Source of the DNA: an uncultured Gemmatimonadales bacterium
GTDB taxonomy: Bacteria > Gemmatimonadota > Gemmatimonadetes > Gemmatimonadales > Gemmatimonadaceae
NCBI GenBank assembly: GCA_963707505.1
Contig: CAVPQB010000003.1
Coordinates: 640,001 to 704,000, forward strand
Reading direction: 5' to 3'
DNA length: 64,000 nucleotides
Part shown: piece by piece, positions 28,992 to 38,291 of the stretch
How the letters are laid out: every line of letters starts with the position of its first letter
Position numbering within the stretch: position 1 is the first letter of the stretch
Notes under the pieces: generated by a model
What the model was told of the DNA's origin: nothing
What the model saw: the letters and a program-made list of their open reading frames with translations, nothing else
The model's database searches: none
Translations under genes and position numbers: made by a program

Positions 28992-30108
28992 TCGTCCGCT
29001 TTCCATTCTGCATGTTCTCGCACCGGCAGACTCGGGCGGGCTGGAGACTGTCGTACGATCGCTTGCGATTGGCCATGCCGCGATGGGCCACTCGGTCGAG
29101 ATTGCCGCGGTGACGGAGTCACCCACGAGCGCATTCGTACAGGAAGCGCGCGATGCGGGCTTGCAGGTTCACGTCATCGAATCTCCTCCCAGGTCACTGG
29201 TACCTGAGCGCCGCGGAGTCCGTGCGCTGCTGGCGCAGCGGAAATTCAACGTCATGCACTCGCACGGTTATCGCAGCGACATCCTCGACATCGGCGTGGC
29301 TCGCTCGATGGGAGTCCCGTCCGTAACTACCCTGCATGGCTTTTCCGCAACAGACCGAAAAGCGCGCGCATACGAATGGCTTCAGATCCGCGCCGCACGA
29401 CGCGCGTCTGCAATCGTGGCCGTATCGAGCAACGTCGCCGCGTCGGTTGCACTGGGCGGCGCGAGTCCCCAATCGATTCACCTGATAAGGAACGCGATTG
29501 GCACGACCTCGACTCCGATCGATGCGAGCGCAGCTCGCAATCGGCTCGGTCTCGCATCAGGGATGCACATCGGCTGGATTGGACGCCTGAGCTCCGAAAA
29601 GGGCCCGGATATCATGATCGACGCAATGCAGTACCTGACAGATCTACCGGTAACGCTATCCTTCATCGGCGACGGACCGGACCGGTCTGCGCTCACCGAG
29701 CAAGCCAGCCGCCTCGGCGTCGCAGCCAGCGTGCGATTCCACGGCCGAGTCGCTGATGCCGCGACGTTGCTTCTGGCTTTCGATGTGGTGGCGCTCAGCT
29801 CGCGCACGGAAGGAACGCCGATGGTGGTCCTCGAAGCGATGTCCGCCGGCGTGCCGATCGTCGCGCCGCGCGTTGGTGGGGTTCCCGACATGTTGTCCAT
29901 GAACGAAGCATCGCTGGTCGACGCCGAAGATCCGAAGGCGCTCGCAGATGCGATCCGGGCCGCGCTCGCTGACCGCGAGGCCGCTGCCGGCCGCGCCGCG
30001 CGCGCGCATGCAAGACTCGTTACCGAGTTCGACGTTCAATCGTGGCTTGCGCGCTACGAAGCGCTGTACCGCTCGATTCAGCCCACCCGCCCACCACAGC
30101 GAGCATGA
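28984..30108 (+). CDS. glycosyltransferase family 4
   Basis: GGLE, HSHGY, TLHG, IGRLSSEKG and SSRTEGTPMVVLEAM. Confidence 0.92.
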   Translation: MTDRPLSILHVLAPADSGGLETVVRSLAIGHAAMGHSVEIAAVTESPTSAFVQEARDAGLQVHVIESPPRSLVPERRGVRALLAQRKFNVMHSHGYRSDILDIGVARSMGVPSVTTLHGFSATDRKARAYEWLQIRAARRASAIVAVSSNVAASVALGGASPQSIHLIRNAIGTTSTPIDASAARNRLGLASGMHIGWIGRLSSEKGPDIMIDAMQYLTDLPVTLSFIGDGPDRSALTEQASRLGVAASVRFHGRVADAATLLLAFDVVALSSRTEGTPMVVLEAMSAGVPIVAPRVGGVPDMLSMNEASLVDAEDPKALADAIRAALADREAAAGRAARAHARLVTEFDVQSWLARYEALYRSIQPTRPPQRA

Positions 30109-31277
30109 ACGCGGTTCTGCCCACTCTCATAGTACTTCCGCTAGGCATCGGTCTCTACGCGTATGTGGCGTATCCGCTGCTCCTGCGGCTGGTCGCCGCG
30201 ATGCGCCGTACGCCGGAACGATCCGCTGCGGAATTTTCGTGGCCGTTCATCACCATCACCGTCCCGTGCTACAACGAGGAGCGCAGCATCCGCCAGACGC
30301 TGGAGGCGCTTCTCGCCGTGGACTATCCCGCGGACAGGCGCCAGATCCTCGTCATATCCGACGCGTCGTCCGACGACACCGACGCGATCGTGCGCGAATT
30401 TTCTGATCGCGGCGTCGAGCTTCTGCGCCTCGACGAGCGGCGCGGCAAGAGCGCGGCAGAGAATGCAGCCGGACCTGTGGCTCGCGGAGAGATAATTGTA
30501 AACACGGATGCGACCATTCGCATTCTCCCCACCGCCCTCAAGGCGCTGGTGCGAGCATTTGCCGATCCGCATGTTGGTGTTGCATCCGGACGCGATGTGA
30601 GCGTCGCATCGATCGACGACAGGGCGAGCGCCAATGCTATCAGCGGCGAGTCGGGATACGTGGGCTACGAAATGAACATCCGCGCTCTCGAAACGCAGGT
30701 AAGATCCATCGTCGGAGCGAGCGGCTGTTTTTATGGAATCCGGGCTTCGCTCTACGATAGCGCATTCCCCGAATCGCTGAGCCGCGACTTCGCATCGGCA
30801 CTGATGGCGGAGGAACACGGCTACCGCGCAGTATCGGTCAACGACGCAGTCTGTCTCGTGCCGCAGACCAGGTCATTGCAATCGGAGTTCCGGCGCAAGA
30901 TCAGAACGATGGCGCGCGGGCTCCAGACACTCTGGTTCAAGCGCCACCTCATGAATCCATTCACGCACGGATCGTTCGCGTGGATGCTGTTCAGTCACAA
31001 GCTCTGCCGGTGGCTGGTGTATCCCGCATTGCCGATAGCAGCCGTAGCGCTGGTAATCGCAAGTGTTCATTCGCGCGGCTGGATGATCGTGCTCCTGGTG
31101 TCGATCGTCGGCGCGATTGCCGGGATTGCCGGCATGCGCTGGCCCAAAGCCCGAGTCGCACCGCGGGTCATCAGGATTGCCGGCTTCGCGCTGGCTTCCA
31201 ATCTTGCCGGAATGCTGGCCTGGGCACAGGTCGCACGCAACCGGCGTATGGCTGTATGGGAACCGACACGCCGATGA
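30105..31277 (+). CDS. glycosyltransferase family 2, membrane-anchored
   Basis: YAYVAYP, PCYNEE, SDASSDDT, RGK, TDA and EFRRKIR; C-terminal TM helices. Confidence 0.9.
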   Translation: MNAVLPTLIVLPLGIGLYAYVAYPLLLRLVAAMRRTPERSAAEFSWPFITITVPCYNEERSIRQTLEALLAVDYPADRRQILVISDASSDDTDAIVREFSDRGVELLRLDERRGKSAAENAAGPVARGEIIVNTDATIRILPTALKALVRAFADPHVGVASGRDVSVASIDDRASANAISGESGYVGYEMNIRALETQVRSIVGASGCFYGIRASLYDSAFPESLSRDFASALMAEEHGYRAVSVNDAVCLVPQTRSLQSEFRRKIRTMARGLQTLWFKRHLMNPFTHGSFAWMLFSHKLCRWLVYPALPIAAVALVIASVHSRGWMIVLLVSIVGAIAGIAGMRWPKARVAPRVIRIAGFALASNLAGMLAWAQVARNRRMAVWEPTRR

Positions 31278-32380
31278 AAGGATTGGCGGAGGAGCACACT
31301 TTCGCGCCAGCTCGCTTGCAGGCGCACGTTTCGGCTGTGACTCGCACCCATCTACCCGAACGCAACCTCGACGTACTGCGAGCGATCGCCGTGCTTTGCG
31401 TCGTAGCGGATCACGTCATGTGGGCGTGCGGCATGAAACCCGTCTTCATCTCCGACTGGGAGCTCGGCCGCATAGGGGTACTGCTATTCTTCGTTCACAC
31501 TTCGTTGGTGCTGATGAGCTCCATGGAGCGAGGCGGTACGGGTGGTCACTGGATACGCGACTTCTACATCCGTCGCGCATTTCGCATCTACCCTCTGGCT
31601 ATAGCTGCCGTGATGATTACGGTGGCCTTCCACATTCCTACGATCGTTCCGGCGAGGTTCATCCCGCCGCTTCCCCGCACGATCGCGAGCAATCTGCTGC
31701 TGGTGCAGAACGTTTCGGGTGATACCAACGTCGTGGGGATGCTCTGGAGCCTGCCGATCGAAGTGCAGATGTATCTGGTTCTGCCGGCGCTGTATCTGAT
31801 CGCTCGACGCTCCGTATCCGGCGTACTGGTCGCGTTTGGCGTCGCGGTCATCGCGGGGCTGACGGTACAGTACGTTCCCGCGCCGGGCCTGTGGCGCCTG
31901 TCGGTCGCTGTCTTCGGTCCGTGTTTCGTTAGCGGCGTGGTTGCCTTTGGAATCCTTCGCATGAACTCGAGCGCGAAACTTCCAGCGATACTGTGGATCC
32001 CAGTGCTGTTGTCCGCGCTGCCGGTCTTCATTCTGCTGCATCCGTCGCCGGAACGCCCCGCGCCAGGGTGGCTGTGCTGCCTCGCGGTCGGAATCGCTGT
32101 CCCATTCGTACGTGAGCTCCCGGCATCACTCCTCACGAGTGTCGCCAAACGGATCTGCACGTACAGCTACGGGATTTATCTCCTGCTTACGCCGGCGATA
32201 TGGATCGGCTTCGTCGTATTCGGCAGGGAGCCACGAGCGATCCAGTGGCTGGCGCTCGCGAGCGCGCTGGTGTTGCTACCATGGACTGCGTACAAACTGA
32301 TCGAGCACCCAGCCATCGTCATGGGACGTGATCTCGTAACCGCAAGGCAAACCCTGGCTGCTACTTCTCCAGCGCCCTGA
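31274..32380 (+). CDS. acyltransferase family 3
   Basis: NLDVLRAIAV, GVLLFFV, FYIRRAFRIYP, WSLPIEVQMY, YSYGIYL and YKLIEHP. Confidence 0.9.
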   Translation: MKGLAEEHTFAPARLQAHVSAVTRTHLPERNLDVLRAIAVLCVVADHVMWACGMKPVFISDWELGRIGVLLFFVHTSLVLMSSMERGGTGGHWIRDFYIRRAFRIYPLAIAAVMITVAFHIPTIVPARFIPPLPRTIASNLLLVQNVSGDTNVVGMLWSLPIEVQMYLVLPALYLIARRSVSGVLVAFGVAVIAGLTVQYVPAPGLWRLSVAVFGPCFVSGVVAFGILRMNSSAKLPAILWIPVLLSALPVFILLHPSPERPAPGWLCCLAVGIAVPFVRELPASLLTSVAKRICTYSYGIYLLLTPAIWIGFVVFGREPRAIQWLALASALVLLPWTAYKLIEHPAIVMGRDLVTARQTLAATSPAP

Positions 32381-32395
32381 ATTCGCTACCCGCGA

Positions 32396-33298
32396 TCAGC
32401 AGGATCCGCGCTTGAACAGCATCACCGGCAGCGTTCGCGCCATGATCTTGAGATCTTCCAGCACCGACTGGCGCTCGAGGTATTCGAGATCGAACTCCAC
32501 CTTTGCGCGCACGTCGTCGATCGAGGAATCGTAGGCGCGGTTGATCTGGGCCCAGCCGGTAATGCCCGGCCGCGCCTGCTGGCGCAACGGATACGAGACG
32601 ATGTTCTGGCGTAGCTCCGCGAAGATGCTGGGGCGCTCCGGCCGCGGTCCCACGATGTTCATGTCGCCCAGTACGACGTTGATGAGCTGAGGAAGCTCGT
32701 CGATTCGCGTCTTGCGAAGGAATTTTCCAACAGGCGTGACGCGAGGATCTTCCCTCGTCGCCCACACCGCCCCCGTCATCTGCTCCGCATCTACCCGCAT
32801 CGAGCGGAACTTGATGATGCGGAATGCTCTGCCGCCAACGTCGTTGCGACGGCGATCGAAGACGGCGGTAGCCGCGCGGCGCCGGCGATCCATGCCGACA
32901 CGCGTCTGCACATAGAATACGGGACCAGCCGACGTGAGCTTGATCGCAAGCGCAACGAGCGCCATCACCGGAGCAAGTATTACCAGGGACGCCAGGGCAA
33001 TCGTCACGTTCAATGCGCGATTGACCCACTCCGAGCGCTCGTTTGGTATGACGTGCAGGTGGATTGCTGGTTGAGTGTCAACCGCCGCTGTTGTACTTAC
33101 TGTTTCCGCAATGCCCGTTGCCATGAGCCGGAACAGTTGCTCCTCTCCCATGACAGCGAGCGGAACTTCGCGATCCGGCTCCGTGGGTGTCAGGCGCGGA
33201 GCCCGAGAGACGATCCCGCGCGCCTTTGCATTTGCGGGGAAGTCCAGAACGACCGAATCTGAATCCGGCCGATGGATGTCATGCGAGTTGAGTTCCAT
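32396..33298 (-). CDS. priming sugar-phosphate transferase (bacterial sugar transferase family)
   Basis: GPVFYVQTRVG, KFRSM, DPRVTPVGKFLRKTRIDELPQ, GDMNIVGPRPE, PGITGWAQ and DLEY. Confidence 0.93.
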   Translation of the reverse strand: MELNSHDIHRPDSDSVVLDFPANAKARGIVSRAPRLTPTEPDREVPLAVMGEEQLFRLMATGIAETVSTTAAVDTQPAIHLHVIPNERSEWVNRALNVTIALASLVILAPVMALVALAIKLTSAGPVFYVQTRVGMDRRRRAATAVFDRRRNDVGGRAFRIIKFRSMRVDAEQMTGAVWATREDPRVTPVGKFLRKTRIDELPQLINVVLGDMNIVGPRPERPSIFAELRQNIVSYPLRQQARPGITGWAQINRAYDSSIDDVRAKVEFDLEYLERQSVLEDLKIMARTLPVMLFKRGSC

Positions 33299-33344
33299 AG
33301 GCGATAATTCGCAGCGAAAAGGTGCTGACCAGACCTTACGATTA

Positions 33345-34013
33345 CTAACGGTGGTTCAAGTAGAAAAGAAGTGTAGCCAACGATGCCGTAACTCCGACGA
33401 CCTTGAGAATCGTGTCCCACGACGACGCTGGCTTCTGTCCGATGACCAGCGCATCGCCCGGCGCGACGTGCAGCTGATCGATCGTCATTCCCGCCGCCAG
33501 CGCCGACGCGAGCTGCTCCTTCGGAATCACGTCTGTGCTTCCACGTTTGATAACTGAGCGATTGAGATCTGCTGTCCCCGTGGGCCCACCTGCCGACATC
33601 ACAACGTCGCTGAGAAGCATGTCACTCGGAACCGTGTAGAATCCCGGCTTGGTCACCTCTCCAAGTACCGCGATACGTACGAGCGCTGTTGCGTGAACCA
33701 CCGGGTCCCGAATGAACTTGCCTATCTCCTGCGTCAGATACTTCTGTATGTCTGCTCGCTTCACGCCTGCCAGATGAACATCGCCGAGTCCAGCCAACGT
33801 CAGAATCAGTCCATCTCTAACCGTGAGAGTATCTCTGATTCCCTGGATTCCCTGCGCACCCGGTTGTGGACTGTCGACTGTCAGCGCAATCCTGTCGCCA
33901 ACATGGAATTCATCCGCCTGAGACTCCTGCGCCTTCGCCGTAAACGGCAGCGCGACGCAGGCAAAAGCCGCGATCCCTATCAGTGCTCCAACACATCTCG
34001 AAACAGCAGTCAT
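33345..34013 (-). CDS. SLBB-domain polysaccharide export protein (Wza-like)
   Basis: Signal peptide; GDRIAL, RIAVLGEVTKPGFY, AGGPT..ADL and GD; C-terminal hydrophobic helix. Confidence 0.82.
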   Translation of the reverse strand: MTAVSRCVGALIGIAAFACVALPFTAKAQESQADEFHVGDRIALTVDSPQPGAQGIQGIRDTLTVRDGLILTLAGLGDVHLAGVKRADIQKYLTQEIGKFIRDPVVHATALVRIAVLGEVTKPGFYTVPSDMLLSDVVMSAGGPTGTADLNRSVIKRGSTDVIPKEQLASALAAGMTIDQLHVAPGDALVIGQKPASSWDTILKVVGVTASLATLLFYLNHR

Positions 34014-34031
34014 TCGGTGATCCCCCAGGTA

Positions 34032-34047
34032 AGCAGCGATTGTGCCA
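34032..34047 (-). promoter_or_regulatory. sigma-54 promoter of the export/priming-transferase genes
   Basis: Minus strand TGGCACAATCGCTGCT, close to the TGGCACGNNNNTTGCW consensus. Confidence 0.75.
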
Positions 34048-34130
34048 GGCCCGAAGCCGGCGCCCGAACACTCCAAGTCCTTGTAAGACAACATTTTAAC
34101 AAAACCGCACCACCGACATCGAAGCCGATT

Positions 34131-34150
34131 CTGTTGCGTCTGTGCAACAG
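34131..34150. promoter_or_regulatory. palindromic enhancer-like site
   Basis: CTGTTGC-GTCTGT-GCAACAG, about 85 bp upstream of the -24 element; an AT-rich IHF-like tract lies between them (34081-34104). Confidence 0.6.
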
Positions 34151-34170
34151 AAAGCGCATTCACATGATGT

Positions 34171-35586
34171 TTACACGCCTAGTCGAGCCTGGAGAGCATC
34201 CAACAGGATTCCAGCCTGATATGCACGCGAAAAACGGACATCACGACCGATTGGCTCCGGCACCACGCCAGCTATGTGTTCCGTATATCGTCTGTCAATG
34301 ATCTCAGCGATGCGTGCAACGTCGCGCGGTGATGCGACGTCGGCCTCGGTATCGCGCAACAGCAAAGCTGTCGCGCTGTCTTCGGCAGAGAGAGCCAGAA
34401 CCCACGCTGGGAATCTTACACACTCGAACGTCTTGGCGGGAATCGCAGCCATGTTGCTGCCTGACATCGTGACAAGCATGGTCGCGTTCGCCATGAACGC
34501 CATCGCTTCACGATGTGGCAGCGATGGTCCGATTCGTACGTAATCCGCGATGGACTCAGCCCGCGCTACCGCTTCGATCGGGAAGCCACCGACCGCCTCC
34601 AGATCCCCGATGAACTCGAGCGTGAGATCTTCCGGGGTCAACGCACGTTTGCGGATCACCTCGGCCGCAGCCTGAAATAGCGCGCGTGGATCACGGTCGA
34701 GATAGAGCGTGCCCGCGTGAGCGATGACGAACCGCCCGCCGCGCCGCTGAGGCGGCAACACATCGTCGTCGCCACCGTTGGTAACGGTCATGATGTCGTC
34801 AGCGCGCCCTGGATAGGTGGCGCTCAGCTGACGCCGCGCGACTTCAGTGTTGGCGACTATCAGAGCGGCACGCTCGACTGCCCTTGCCTCGTGCCGCGCA
34901 GCGAGCCGCACCCAGGCCGGCGTCGCAATCGCCTCCGCCAGGCGTTCGACGTGGCTCCACGGGTCACGCATGTCCATCACGAACGGGATTCGATAACGCT
35001 CGGATAGCCGCCGTCCGACATCGTGCGACATGAATGGCGGCCCCGAGGTTATGACTGCACGATGAACGGCCGGGTCAAAGATCCCGGACGCAGCATCGAT
35101 CGCATTGTCGCCCCAGGCGCTCACCCGCGCAAAATCGAGCGCCGCCCAGTACGCGCGCAGCCATCCACGCGGCGTGTGCAAGGCCCACCGCAGATCTGAC
35201 CGTGCAACTGACGAGACACGGGGAGCAGGCGGCGATGCCGGTGCGGAAATTCCGCGCGCGCCATCGGACACGGCCTTCCGCCTTCCCTTCACCATGCGCC
35301 ACAGGGCGTTTTCGGCGCGCTCTCTCCCGAGCAGTGGTTCAGTGACGGCAAACACACGAACTCCAGATGGCACCGAGCTCCGCGCTGCTTCGACATCCGC
35401 GCCGTTCACACCGCCGCGCATGAAGACGTCGAGACCCCACCCTCGCTCCGCGGCGAAATGAGCGAACTTCTGCCACCGCTTCGCACCGACCGCCCGGTCC
35501 GGCGGGAAGTGGTAGCTGATGACGAGGAGACGCCGGTCACGTTGTGAGCCGGCGTCCTCGTTTTCATATAACGGATTCATCCGCAA
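34171..35586 (-). CDS. GT-B fold glycosyltransferase (GT4-like)
   Basis: LVISYHFPP...GAKRW, TSGPPF, DMRDPW, VTNG.D, HAGTLY and IPAKTFE. Confidence 0.85.
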   Translation of the reverse strand: MRMNPLYENEDAGSQRDRRLLVISYHFPPDRAVGAKRWQKFAHFAAERGWGLDVFMRGGVNGADVEAARSSVPSGVRVFAVTEPLLGRERAENALWRMVKGRRKAVSDGARGISAPASPPAPRVSSVARSDLRWALHTPRGWLRAYWAALDFARVSAWGDNAIDAASGIFDPAVHRAVITSGPPFMSHDVGRRLSERYRIPFVMDMRDPWSHVERLAEAIATPAWVRLAARHEARAVERAALIVANTEVARRQLSATYPGRADDIMTVTNGGDDDVLPPQRRGGRFVIAHAGTLYLDRDPRALFQAAAEVIRKRALTPEDLTLEFIGDLEAVGGFPIEAVARAESIADYVRIGPSLPHREAMAFMANATMLVTMSGSNMAAIPAKTFECVRFPAWVLALSAEDSATALLLRDTEADVASPRDVARIAEIIDRRYTEHIAGVVPEPIGRDVRFSRAYQAGILLDALQARLGV

Positions 35587-35605
35587 TCAGCGATTGGCCG
35601 CGCGA

Positions 35606-38051
35606 TTAGCTGGACTTCTCCGCTGCTCCAGGCAGTGCCGTAACTTCGTCCTTGAGCACGTCGGCGTCGGCTTCCGCGTCCGGACCGTATCCGTACAGGT
35701 ATGAATACTCCGAGTACAGCTCCCCTGCCGAAACGGCGTTGACCACTGCGCCGAGTATGCGAACGGGAAGACGGTTCATCAGCTTGAGCTTGGCCTTGGC
35801 CACTCGGCGATCGGTATGGCCGGTGCGCATCACGAGCATCAGATTGCGCGTCGCAACGCTCAGTGCGTAGGCATCGACACCGGCCGCGAGCGGTGCGCTG
35901 TCGATGATTATCACGTCGAACCTGGACCGAACCATGTTCAGTAGCGCAGGGAGCCGCGCGGACGTGAGCAGCTCTGGCCCACGATGTCTGCGAGTTCCCG
36001 AAGCGATGAGCGTGAGCGCGCCGTGTACGGGCACCTCGCGCATCACGTGCGCCGCGTCCACTTCGCCGGCGAGATAGTCCAGCAATCCAGGACGCCGCTC
36101 GATTCCAAAGATCGAGTGCAGCTTGCCGCGTCTGATGTCGCCGTCGATGAGCAGCGTCTTGAAGCCTGCCTCCGCGAACGACAGCGCGAGGTTCGATGAG
36201 ATCATCGACTTTCCGTCACCCACGCCCGGACTCGAGACCGTCACCATCACAGGCGGCGAGTCGAACATGTGGTGAAGGTTCATTCGCAAGCCGCGGAACG
36301 CCTCGACGCTCTGCAACACTGCATCCGGATCCTTGTCTCCCTCGCCCGGCTTCGGAACGGTCGGGATCGCGCCCATCATATCGAGCCCGAGCTCGTCCGC
36401 GATCTGCTCGGGGTAGCGGAAACGGTGGTCGATCATGTCGAACAGAAGCGCGATGATGACACCGAGACCCGCTGCCGCCAGGAATCCGCCGCCGACCAGC
36501 ATCGCCTTGACGTTGCGCTGCGCACTCGCAGCGGGAAGCGCCGGATCGAGGATCGACACGTCGGGAACGGTACTCTCCGCGCCGAGTCGCGCAGTCTCGT
36601 AACGATTTTCGACGTTGTTGTACAGCGCTTCCGCAGTAGCCTGATCGCGGCGGAGCCGCTGTTCCTCCGTTGTACGCGCTGGAATTCCTTCGAGCGTCGA
36701 TGAGTCGGCGCGCACATCGGCCGCGATGCGTTTCTCCTGATCGCGCAGCAGATCGACCTGCGTCTGCATCAGATCGGGAATCGTCTGTGTGCGGAGGGTG
36801 TGCACGGCCACGGCCATGTTCTTGACCGCGGGGAACGAATCCGTGTAGGACTGTCTCAATCCTCGCAGCTGCGTTTCCTTTTCGACGAGGTCCTTGAGCG
36901 CCGAGGTGAGCATCGGCGCTCCGGCGATCGCGGGCACGGCGGCGAGAACATCGGGCGAGAAATTCCCCTGCCGTGCGGACGGGATCAGACTCTCGAGCGA
37001 CTGAAGGCTGCGCTGAACGGTTTGGAGGTCAGTCTGACTCTTGAAGTATTGCGTGCTCAGCGCGTCGGGCGGCGGGGCTATGCCGAGTGTCGATGCTGTT
37101 GCAGATACCGATGCCTCGGTGGGCTTGGTGATCGCACGAGAGCGGAAGGCCTGAAGCGCGCTTTCGGCGCTTCTGAGATTTTCCTGCGCGGAGCCGCGTT
37201 GTGCATCGAGGATGTCGGCTTGAGTCGCGAGACTGCGCGTGCGAAGCTCTGCGGCAGTCGCAAGGAACTGCTGCATCCAGACATTGAGGAGGTCGGCGGT
37301 CTGCCACTTGTCCGCGCCTGTGAGCGTCAGCGTGAGGAAGTTGCTGTTCTCCTGCATCGAGACGTCCAGCCGCTGGATCAGGTCGACTCCGACTGACCGT
37401 GGCTGAACCACGGTAAAGCGTACCGACTGATTTCCCTGCAGCGAAGCCGACAGTGGGGACCCATGCAAAGCCGACTGATTTGCCGACCGAATCGCCGAGC
37501 CTGCCGTGCTCGAAGATTCCCTTCTGAGCTTCGGCGAGCGAGTACGTGCCCTTGGTGGAATCGGACCACAATGTGTAGTCGCCCGGAACGGTCCGCTGCC
37601 CGGGCTGGATTCCTACGAGAGCCACCGAGTCGCGCCAGGTCTTTCCCTTGACCCAGAGACGCTGGTGAGCGACCACCTTGTCGACGACTGCGAAGCTGCG
37701 AATCAGCTGGACCCAGGAGCCGTTGGGCAGGAGCTCTGGCGGACGGTAGGCGCCGCCGTTGTTCGTGCCGACGTCAGCGATCCAGAGGGCTCCGCGGGCC
37801 TCGAAAACCGGTTCTATGAAGCGGGTCGCGATGACTCCGGCGGTGGTGCCGAGCGCCGCGAGGATTATGATTAGCCAGCGGAAACGTTTGATTGCCGCCC
37901 AGTACCGACGGAGTTTTGCGCCGCCTCCACCTCCCTCTTCGTCCTCGACGATCGGCTGAGGGGTGAGGTCGAGTGGAGCTATGTCGGTCGTACCCGGGAG
38001 GGCTGGCGCCGCATCCCGGAAAGAGCCCGCGGGCACAATTGAGTTTTTCAT
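35606..38051 (-). CDS. wzc: polysaccharide co-polymerase / tyrosine autokinase Wzc (frameshift near 37456)
   Basis: N-terminal TM; coiled coil; second TM; EAFRGLR; Walker A GVGDGKS; IDGDIRRG; IIDSAP; Tyr cluster YSEYSYLYGY. Joins track ORFs 37029-38225 and 35606-37468. Confidence 0.88.
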
Positions 38052-38093
38052 CTGCAGTGCCGAAAGATAGAGGTAGTTACGTGGCCGGAACAG

Positions 38094-38111
38094 CGTTGCG
38101 GCGACGCAACG
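38094..38111. promoter_or_regulatory. palindromic site between wzc and the regulator
   Basis: CGTTGC-GGCGAC-GCAACG. Confidence 0.5.
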
Positions 38112-38217
38112 GTACACGGACCTGGATACAGTATCGGCAGGGGGGCGTTCGCTATTAGAGACGAAATATCCCTTGTGCCGCCCAGCCGGAGAGGCATATT
38201 TGCAGGTGCGCACAGTT

Positions 38218-38235
38218 TGTAGCATGCATGCAACA
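38218..38235. promoter_or_regulatory. palindromic site between wzc and the regulator
   Basis: TGTAGC-ATGCAT-GCAACA. Confidence 0.55.
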
Positions 38236-38291
38236 CCGTACCCTTTCTACTGCGGCTCCCCAAGCACATGCGTTTCCCCGGGTCGGGTTTG

